Assembly (NCBI RefSeq): GCF_043381705.1
Contig: NC_092214.1
Span: 2,705,022-2,722,529, forward strand
Length of the DNA: 17,508 nt
Origin: Parasteatoda tepidariorum
Taxonomy: Eukaryota
Direction: 5' to 3'
Below are positions 9,201 through 17,508 of the stretch, piece by piece. The translations under genes and the position numbers were made by a program. The notes beneath the pieces were generated by a model. The model ran no database searches. It saw only the letters and a program-made list of their open reading frames with translations, and was not told where the DNA came from. How positions within the stretch are numbered: position 1 is the first letter of the stretch; every line of letters begins with the position of its first letter.

Positions 9201-10459
9201 AACGAATATCTTTTGATAAATTCTTATACATTCATATTTTTATAGTAAATTATTAATTTAGGAAACTTGTTAGAAAAAATATATACTGTAAATACATTCA
9301 GCTTTTAGCACTATGGTATAAAAAAAATTTTAAAACTTTGTAATATATTTAAATGCATAACATTTGAATTCATTTTATTGAACACGAGAAATGCAAAATA
9401 AAAATATTTATTTAAATCAAGTATTTGCTATTAAAGAAGTTAGAAATAAAGTTTTGGCAGTTTGTTTTTATTGCAAATTTACCAGTTCAGTAATTTTTTT
9501 AACACTATATTTAATACCACAATATATCGCAACTACACTTTGAAAATTTTAGTGTATGAAAACAAATATGAACTCTAATTATATTAAAACTCCTCATTTT
9601 AAGTAGCACTCTTGCTAGTATTTAAATTGTGTAAAAATACTTCATATTCATAAAGCTAATATAGTAAACCATTTTTCATTGTTTGAATTTCAGTTGATAA
9701 GAAATTTGATAACACAAATTCAAAATGGATAACATTTTTATTTTGTGCAAAAATTCATAGGTTTTTCTAAACTGAATTTGGAAACTTAACATCTGAAGAA
9801 ATTAAACATTTAAAAAATTATATTAAAAAAAACTTGCCATTTCTTTTATCTTGATATTTTACTTTAATACTTTTGTAAAGGCAACCAAAATACAAGTAAA
9901 TAATAACTAATGATCAGATATAAAGGCAATTTCAATTTTCAAAAGTGTTTTTAAAAAATCTGTTTAACTAATCTGTGTTTGAGCTGCTGGTCTCAATTTT
10001 TGTTATAGATAAATTCTGGTATTTTATTATTACATTTAACTCTTGACCAATTTACCAATCACAGTTTTACATCTATATCCTGAATGATCTCCAAGACTTA
10101 TGTATTGAATGATTTAAAGGATTATTGCAATTTTTTTTTATTACAAAGCCACATTAATAAACACTACATGTCATGTTTTAGGACTGGATAATAAACATGC
10201 GAAATAATTTATTAAATTATTTTATATTTTTTTATGAAAGACACATAATATTTATAAGTAAAATTCAAAACATTCTGCAGCTTTGCCAGGAAAAATATTG
10301 ACACGCATTTTTAGGGAGTGTTACCATTCATTAAGAACTTCTATTTATGTTTTAAGTGAATGTTTATTTTGAATGTAATTAATATACAAATAATCAAGAT
10401 ATTTTCAATACGCAGTAAAGTTTGATTATATTAGTTTGTTCGATAATAACCTAACCGTC

Positions 10460-10814
10460 AGCCAGTGCCGGATTACCCATAGGCCATGGCCTAGGGCCCC
10501 CTTAAAATGGATTTTTTGAAAATAAATTTTAAAAAATTAAGAAAAATAAGGATTTTTTGAAAAAAAATCAATTTCAAATATATATTAATTAAATACGATA
10601 ATGTTTTTTTATATAATGTTAATCATATTTATTTTGTACTGATTAAAATTTAATTTATTATTATTTATTTTTATTTTAAATATGCTTTCTTAAATCAAAA
10701 GTTATATAAATGCTTTTATATTTTAATAAATGAAAAACATACAAGAAAAAAAATTTAATCTAAGGGCCCCGAAATTTTGAATGGCCTAGAGCCCCGCGTA
10801 CGCTTAATCTGGCT
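10460..10814. mobile_element. MITE-like 355-bp element with an AT-rich core bounded by GC-rich, palindrome-containing imperfect terminal inverted repeats
   Basis: The left end is AGCCAGTGCCGGATTACCCATAGGCCATGGCCTAGGGCCCCC. The reverse complement of the right end is AGCCAGATTAAGCGTACGCGGGGCTCTAGGCCATTCAAAATTTCGGGGCCC. They share AGCCAG...TAGGCCAT...GGGGCCC. There are internal direct repeats GGATTTTTTGAAAA (twice). A perfect 10-bp palindrome GGCCATGGCC and GGGCCC lie in the termini. No clear TSD. Confidence 0.4.
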
Positions 10815-11535
10815 TTGCCATGAGCTAAGAAATGTTAGCTTATACAAAAAATTTTCTTAAGGAATTTAAAAAATACTCTGCATTCTTTATAATGTTACAA
10901 TGAAACATAAAAAGAATCAATTTGAAATTAAACAATATTTAAAGCACCTGAAAATTTGAACATGATATCACCAAGTTTCAGATTAAGCCTACAACACGGA
11001 CTAACAGATGATCAAATATATAAAACGTTAAAAATAATTAATTAAAATATTCACATTTTTGACTGAATACATGATTATTTTCATAGTTGCTAAATACTTT
11101 TAAATAAAATACTTGTGAAAAATAATAAACTATATAATACTCAATAATACTACATAGAAGAAATTAATACCTTTTAAACTTTGCTACAAATATATGTATA
11201 TTGCATACCGCTTTTAACTATCGCTATTCCAATATTGGCATCCATCTACATATCCCTAAGGCGAAGTAAACAACAGTTTCTATCGTTAAAAAGTTTAGTT
11301 CACAAACTGATATAGCTCTCATATAAAAGGTAGAAAGATGCAGAGGAATATTGTGAAAAAATACTGTGTTCATATTTACCATTGCTTACAAATAATTCTT
11401 AAAAGATGTTTAATTTTAACTCTTTTACAATTTCAGCAAACATGAATTATTATTGTCTTTTAAAAAATTTTCTTGAATTTTATTGCTAAATTAGCTTCTT
11501 ATGAAATAAACTAACAGTATATTAAATTGTGTTAT

Positions 11536-11590
11536 TGATGAATGTCGTACAATACTGTACGACGTTCACAATGTCAATCGATATTCATCA
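11536..11590. repeat. Imperfect palindrome / hairpin cluster
   Basis: Inner stem GTCGTAC (11544-11550) pairs with GTACGAC (11557-11563), with loop AATACT. The outer arms TGATGAAT and ATTCATCA also pair. Confidence 0.4.
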
Positions 11591-13349
11591 GTGTCTAACA
11601 ATATCCCTGTGCTACTTGGGGTTATCATCTAATGTGTCTTTGTTTATTTTAAGTTAGCATTTTTATGTAGCAAAAAATAAAAATGTTTAGCAAGATTTTA
11701 ATTTTATTACAAATAAAATAAGTTTGTAATTAATGTGTCACAGCTTGTTCAAAATATATTTTGTTTCTCAAAATTGTTCATGATTTAAGAGATATTATTT
11801 ATTACTTATTGTTTGCTAGATTTTAAAATGAGACAAAATTTTATGCACACAATAAAATTTATATTTATACCAGAGTTCTCCCTAGGAATAAAAAAAGGGC
11901 AGTGTGCTTTTTCACAGAAAAGGGCACTTACAGTTTTGAAAGAGCACTCACCACCGTTAAAAGTTATTAAAATTTGTAATATTATGTAATAACTGAATTT
12001 GATCCTCAATTTTTAAACTATCCTCTCATACTATTTTATGTGTATACTTCACAAAAAAAATTCTCATTAAGTATCAAAATAACAGAAAAATTTTGAACTT
12101 CTGAAAAATAATTAAAGACAAGCTAAAAGACGATCTCTGTGTATAAATTTTCTTCAAAAAAAAAAGGAAACTTCTAAAAAGGATTGATTGATACACAACT
12201 TGAATGCTTTTTTTTATATTTTGAAATGAAAATTATGAGAAAAGAAACATTTAATGGTGCATTTTTAAATATTGAAAAAAATTAATTAAAAAATTTTAAA
12301 TCCTTAAAAAACTCTATGTACCCCCCAAATAAAAGATTTGATTATCGCTGAACTCGAATATCATGCAAATATAACTTAACTATATATAACTAGACAACTG
12401 AAGAAAAATCTTACTAAAATTAAGGACTGAAATTGAAAAGGGAAGTTAAATAATTATCAGTAACTAAATAAATCAGAAGTGATTTCATTAAAACAGATGA
12501 TGAAGAAAACAACCTTTTCCTGAAAAAAAATCAAACAAAAAGGCAGTGACAAAAAGGCAAACAAGATGGCAGCTTATTTTTAAAGAAGAGGAAAGGAGGG
12601 TGCATTTATAAGATCAAAGGGCAGGCGGGGTAGGCCGTCCTTCTAAAAATGCTGTGGGAGAACACTGTTTATACCATTTGCTATAAATATATATTATGTA
12701 TTTTAATTATTTAGAAAATAGTAAGAGTAGTAATAGCTTTAGTAGAGCTCATAACAAAATTTAAAAAAAATATTAGTATCATATTTTCTAAATTTTTGAA
12801 ATCTAGCATATTTATAAACCATTGGATACCTTTACATTTAATTATGCTAATTGAATTATATTTTATTTGGTAAAAATTTTAAGATATTCTTTTTAGTATA
12901 CTGGGGGATTCATCAAAGCTATTGCCTTATCAAAAACATCCACCTTTATAGTTGCTGTGACACAAGTGAGAGAGAACAAAGAAGATATCCATTTTTTGGA
13001 CACTATATCAATCTTGTAATTTATTTAGATATATTTTTAGTTTATTTATTTAAATCACTTTATTTCAGATGAAAATGGAGGGAAAATAAAATTAATGAGC
13101 CACTTTTGGCTCATAAATTTTATGCATTATCTTTCTTTATCTCTTTATCTGACCCTATGTGCCTATGTGAGTTTATTGCAGAACTGAATATTAATTTAAC
13201 AAGAATGAATCATTGTAGAAAGAAAAAAAACATATAACAAAACAGTTCTAAGTGATAAAGATTGCAAATTAGAGTTTCAAGTTTAAATTTTTATAGTTCA
13301 AAAGTTGAACATAATATGTGAAACATAATAAATTTAAGCTTTTGAGTGT

Positions 13350-13357
13350 GTATATAG
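13350..13357. repeat. Left copy of the 8-bp target-site duplication GTATATAG
   Basis: It is identical to 14744-14751 and sits immediately outside the CAGGG terminus. Confidence 0.65.
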
Positions 13358-14743
13358 CAGGGTTCGTTGATTTAAATCAGCTTGATTTAAATCACGATTT
13401 AAATCATAATTTAAATAAATTGCTGCATTAATTAATTTTAGTTAACGAAAATTACTTTCTTTCTTAGTGTGTGTTAAATTCCAACACATTTGAAATTACA
13501 TTTTTAAAAATCTTTTGATTCTTGAGATTGAAAGTACAGATTAAAGTAAACATTTAATGCTGTCTTAATATAGACTTGCATAGCTGTAGAAAGTAATTAA
13601 TAAACATGCATTTTTTTCAAAAATAATGCAAATAATGTTAATTAAAATTCTTCTTTGAATGAAAAAGTGTGAATTAAAATCTACATCATATTTTATTGGT
13701 GAAAAATGTATATTTCTGGAGCTTGAGGTTATAATAAAAAGAAATTACCCTAATATGCCAAAAACAGAAAAAGAAAAAAAAAAAAGACTGATGAATTCAT
13801 ATGTTTTTTTCCTAGTATAGTTTCATTCTTCCCTTTCAAATTCTATTTGATGCAGTAGGGTTATTAACTGGTATTTTTTCTCATAATATGTTTACAGTAT
13901 CTTTGACATTATCTGATTTTCTATTACGAAATTTTGTGGAAAAAAAATTCCAATGAGTACATAGATTTTCAAATTTTTTTTTTAGCTTAACTTATCTATT
14001 TTGATATAGAATTAAAAATGAATATTTTAATATAAAAATATATAGATTAAATATTTATTTATTTTTTGATGAATGACTACATTTATAAACACAGTCTGCT
14101 ACATTTATTTTGTCATTTTAAAAATCAAGAGAAAAAAAAAGAAATCACAATTTTAAATTAAAGTTATGGTTTGCTAACTGAAACTTTGTTTTAATAGTTA
14201 AAGCACAGGGGTCTGTCCAAGCCGGTACCTTTACAAATTCAACTTTAGGAAAAATGATAGAATAATCACACAAAATACTTTTTCTTAAAATTTTATTTTT
14301 GTGTCTCGTAAGAAGCGAAAAATCCATATTTTTACTATATTTCTGTTGATTTTTTATTATAATTTTTAATTTTCACGAAATAGGTACCTCTCAGAATAGG
14401 TACCTCTCAGACCCCTGAAGTATTCTTTAAATTCTCTATTTCATCTAGTCTTTAAATTTTAATCATGCATTTGTTTCAAAATGGTTGCTATGCATTCAAA
14501 GCCATGTATTGTAATGAAAAATTATTTTAGTTAGAGCTTCTAAATTATTGTTACAATATAGTTTTACTATTAAGCTAATTTGATTAAACATTTATAATTT
14601 TTTTAATCATAAATTAAAGTTCTTACAGTGTATTTGAATAAAAATCAAAAAAATCTGATTTAAATCAAAAAAATCCGATTTAAATCAAAAAAATCTGATT
14701 CTTTTGATTTTTTTTAAAAAAATCAAAAAAATCACGAACCCTG
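13358..14743. mobile_element. Non-autonomous hAT-like DNA transposon (1386 bp) with terminal inverted repeats, palindromic subterminal repeats and no intact ORF
   Basis: The left terminus is CAGGGTTCGTTGATTTAAATCAG. The reverse complement of the right terminus is CAGGGTTCGTGATTTTTTTGATT, matching 15 of 16 positions with one indel. There are subterminal repeats of the perfect palindrome TGATTTAAATCA: three imperfect copies on the left, and on the right (C/T)GATTTAAATCA plus AAAAAAATC spacers. Perfect 8-bp direct repeats GTATATAG flank both ends. The only internal ORF is the 60-aa 14145-14327 minus ORF. Confidence 0.7.
14204..14416. mobile_element. Possible small inverted-repeat (MITE-like) insertion nested inside the hAT-like element
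   Basis: The left arm is CACAGGGGTCTGTCCAAGCCGGTACCT. The right arm is AGGTACCTCTCAGACCCCTG, preceded by a direct duplicate ATAGGTACCTCTCAGA. The 10-bp core CAGGGGTCTG / CAGACCCCTG is a perfect inverted repeat about 190 bp apart. Confidence 0.3.
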
Positions 14744-14751
14744 GTATATAG
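14744..14751. repeat. Right copy of the 8-bp target-site duplication GTATATAG
   Basis: It is identical to 13350-13357 and sits immediately outside the ...CCCTG terminus. Confidence 0.65.
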
Positions 14752-16016
14752 CTATGTAAGAGAGTCTTCTAATCTAGATACATAAAAAGTAAATAATGTC
14801 AAAAGTTGAAAAAAGTTTAAAATTATTTTTCTAAGAGAAGTTGATTAAAACATTTGGATAAAAAAAAGTTTTATGAAAAATATTCATATTGAGCCCAGGA
14901 ATAGAGTAAATTTGATTAATTCTTGTTAAAGTCTATTGCTTTTTATCATTTGTGTGGCCCTTAAGAAAGTTCAAGTTGAATTTATAGAATTGCAGCTTGG
15001 AGATTGATAGAATATTCAATAACTTGTTGTTTGGGTTGATTTGTTCTTTAGTGTTTAAAAAAAATTTTATGATTTTGTCTTGAATATTAGATTTTTTTTT
15101 TTGTGTTAGTTATGTAATCTCTTTCCTAATCTAATAAGCTATTCTAAATGTAAAACAATAACCTTTGAATATTAAGTTAAAAAATTTCTTTTTACTTTAA
15201 ATTTCAAATAATGAAACCTTCTCGGTATGAAACTTAAATTTCTGAATATAATTTAAATGTGTTTTCCATTTCAAATTTAAGTCCATATGTAGCCCAAATA
15301 GATTAATGTAGATATAGTTAATGCATCAGGCGTCAGCTTCTTAATGCACCAGGAGTTTATTTCGTTCACTCAAGTAATCAAGTGATAAGTAATATTAAGG
15401 ATAATTTCTTTCTTATTGTCGAGTTGGAAAAACATAAGTTTGGTTTTGTTGCTATTCAAATTCCAAAAATTATCAAACGATTTTCATTTATTTAGTGGTC
15501 TAAGTTTTTAGTCTAATTGATTTGTTCAAATGTGTTTAATCATCATCAAAAATCTTAATCTTAGCTTTTAATCTTATGTTACATAAATTTTACATAAAAT
15601 AAGAAATAGTACTTAACCTCAAAATGAACTCTGAGACTCCTTTAAAAGTTATTATCCTTTTAAAAATTCTTACTTTGAAATTCAGTTGAGTCTTGTAATT
15701 CAAGGTGGATGAGAATAGTCCTGCCTCAAACTATCAAAAACTTGTAATATTGAAAATTCATAAAAATAATAATAAATAAATGGAAATAAAGCATTTTTTA
15801 AATTTTAATGTAGTATAGTTAAATAAAAAATATTGATGTCCCAGCCACTCCATACACATTTCCCTTTCCTGTGGTCTGCAAAAGACAAATAATATTAGTG
15901 GTTAGGACCAATCTTTAGGAATCAGTCAGTTATGAATGGAAACTCTTAGAATGACTTTCTTACATCATGTGACTTGTAGATGAAACTATAGAAATTTACT
16001 ATGATACTTACCGTAT

Positions 16017-16130
16017 TTTTCGGCGAAAGCGCCGCTTCGTCGCAAGCGCCGCACATCGATAAAATGGAAATTTTTAAAAAAAATTTTATAGTAAGCACCG
16101 CAATGGCGCTAAACCGGGCATATCAGCATC
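16017..16130. other. CpG- and GC-rich island with short direct repeats in an AT-rich context (possible promoter or CpG island, or relic of a GC-rich element)
   Basis: The sequence is TTTTTCGGCGAAAGCGCCGCTTCGTCGCAAGCGCCGCACATCGATAAAATGG...AGCACCGCAATGGCGCTAAACCGGGCAT. AAGCGCCGC occurs twice and GCACCGC recurs again at 16318. ATCGATA resembles the core of the insect DRE motif (TATCGATA). Confidence 0.3.
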
Positions 16131-16254
16131 CTTTTAGAGGAGACCTTTAAATTACCATTTAGAATATCTGTATAATAAAAAATTAAATTTTTGAATGCAT
16201 TTCATAAAGTAAAGTTTTAATTTCTAAATTATAATAAAAAATTTCTTTTTCAGC

Positions 16255-16272
16255 AAAAAAAAAAAAAAAAAA
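16255..16272. repeat. Poly(A) homopolymer (18 nt)
   Basis: An uninterrupted A run. Confidence 0.9.
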
Positions 16273-16496
16273 GAAAACAACAAAACGATATAAAATAAAG
16301 TTGTTCTTACCAGTTGGCACCGCGCCAAAGAACAGAAGAACAGCAAAAAAATTATTTATATGTGCAGTAGCTACGCTGAACTGATTACAGAAATCAGTAA
16401 AACAATGTAATAAGAAAAGTAAAATAAAAATTTATTATATGAAAAATTTTAAAATAAAAAGATTTTAAAATTTATTACCGTTAACAATTTGAGGAA

Positions 16497-16575
16497 AAAC
16501 TAATACATAATAACGAAACAGCTAATAATAACGAAATAACTAACAATAACAAGAATAATAAATAACTAAACAAGC
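16497..16575. repeat. A-rich AAYAAC-type low-complexity arm, inverted relative to the T-rich arm at 17285-17492
   Basis: The sequence is ATAATAACGAAACAGCTAATAATAACGAAATAACTAACAATAACAAGAATAATAAATAACTAAACAAG. The reverse complement of 17400-17490 contains AACTAACAATGAATAACAACAAAAAACAAG...GTAATAACGTT. Confidence 0.5.
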
Positions 16576-17284
16576 CCCAAAAAAATTCTGAAGGAATGAG
16601 AGAAGAGGAAATAAGTTTCACTTTCACAATCTTAGGGGGTGGAATTTTAGTGGGTAGAATGCCCTCTCCTTCAATGGAAATAACCCAATGTGACTCAACT
16701 AGAAAGAGAAGAAAATGTTTAAAAGAGGGGTGTACCCCACCTCCTCCACGTGTCATTTCTACTGGAGCTGATTAGGAGAAATCAATCAGTTATATTTTAA
16801 AGGGGTTGGGGAAAAGAAAAGGGTATGGGACCCCTAATCCAGCATTCCAAAATTCAGCACTTAATCTGATCTAATTTTTTCTTCTTTTTTTTTTAAGAAA
16901 TTTATATTGATAAGATAAAAAAAAAATCAGCTATAATCTTTTTATTTGGAATTTTATTCTGTTGAAGTAACTTACTTTATTTTATCTTTTAAAAATAAAA
17001 AAAGAAGCTTGAAAAAAATAATAAAAAATAATAAATCTGTGTCAAAGGAAACATCTGTTTCTTAAGCAGTTTAAAATAAATTGAGAAGTAAAAACATCTG
17101 CATTCCCAATGAACAAAATAAAGAAATGCAAGTTGGAAAAAACTGATCAATCAATCTTGACAGCTGGGCTTGTGCTTTACTAATTTGCCCCCATATTTCC
17201 CTCCTCTGTTTGACCATAAATTGGCCACACCCAGTTGATGACATTGAAACTACCATGTGGACAACAAAGTGAATTCTATCCCTT

Positions 17285-17508
17285 TTGTGGTTTTTTATTC
17301 GATTTATAAATTTTTTTATTTTGCTGCTTTTTATTAGTTATTCACTGCTAATTTGTTTTTTTTTTGTCAGTAGTTAGCTTGTTTTTTTTCTTGTTAATAT
17401 TTGTTTGCTTGTTTCTCTTATTTTTAACGTTATTACTTTTCAGCTTGTTTTTTGTTGTTATTCATTGTTAGTTTCTTAGCATTAATTGTTAATTTTTTTT
17501 TTTTTTTT
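17285..17508. repeat. T-rich GTT/GTTATT low-complexity arm ending in a 16-nt poly(T) at the window edge
   Basis: It is the inverse complement in composition and motifs of 16497-16575. Poly-T runs from 17493 to 17508. Confidence 0.5.

Noticed and set aside
11806-12009. 67-aa minus ORF
   Set aside because: No recognisable motif, and no splice signals giving a consistent gene model. It is probably chance.
12851-13072. 73-aa + ORF downstream of the WD exons
   Set aside because: I considered it as a possible 3' exon of the WD gene. Its translation (YWGIHQSYCLIKNIHLYSCCDTSEREQRRYPFFGHY...) lacks WD features and no acceptor brings it into phase 0.
13361-13371. GGTTCGTTGAT as a possible tRNA B-box or tRNA gene
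   Set aside because: No acceptor, D or anticodon stem context is present. The motif is the terminal inverted repeat of the hAT-like element and is mirrored at 14733-14743.
14145-14327. 60-aa minus ORF inside the hAT-like element
   Set aside because: It is far too short for a transposase, overlaps the nested inverted-repeat insertion, and has no DDE or hAT motifs. The element is called non-autonomous.
16481-16756. 91-aa minus ORF (MTRGGGGVHPSFKHF...LLLLVISLLLAVSLLCISFSSNC)
   Set aside because: The C-terminal half is a translation of the AAYAAC/GTTATT low-complexity tract, which gives the L/S/I repeats. The N-terminus lies in palindromic GC-rich repeat sequence. It is most likely non-coding.
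17071-17256. 61-aa minus ORF
   Set aside because: No motif and no context. It lies within a putative repeat or foldback core.
1-17508. CRISPR arrays, prokaryotic defence or operon-like systems, rRNA genes
   Set aside because: There are no regularly spaced direct repeats with unique spacers and no dense co-directional ORFs. The composition, the introns with GT-AG boundaries, and the SINE and hAT elements show eukaryotic nuclear DNA. The repeats found are tandem duplications, TIRs and low-complexity, not CRISPR-like.

Overview
The window is AT-rich (roughly 25-30% GC) and looks like eukaryotic, probably invertebrate metazoan, nuclear DNA. There is no bacterial operon organisation, CRISPR array, rRNA gene or bona fide tRNA gene, and I see nothing that supports a novel prokaryotic-type system. 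The best-supported content is the 5' part of a multi-exon WD40-repeat (beta-propeller) gene on the + strand. Six short exons at 1456-6262 have canonical splice signals (polypyrimidine-AG acceptors; GTAAGT, GTAAGA and GTATGA donors) and consistent phases, and their translation shows classic WD motifs (SSGYDK|VLKIWRI, LSGSHDNNIIM, ANDGSVAMWSIDGK, SSSLDGTINVWKI, TSDVQGTILLWK). The introns carry interspersed repeats: an antisense tRNA-derived SINE with a B2-like head, a roughly 285-bp two-copy tandem duplication, and a long intronic hairpin. The exon-free 3' two-thirds holds a 1386-bp non-autonomous hAT-like element with a perfect 8-bp target-site duplication, 15/16-matching CAGGGTTCG terminal inverted repeats and palindromic TGATTTAAATCA subterminal repeats, with a smaller inverted-repeat insertion inside it. 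It also holds a 355-bp AT-rich element capped by GC-rich palindromic termini, a CpG-rich island containing direct repeats, homopolymer tracts (poly-A at the start, poly-T at the end), and an inverted pair of AAYAAC-type low-complexity arms at the right edge. Most of the six-frame ORFs of 60 aa or more are AT-rich noise or antisense shadows of the real exons.
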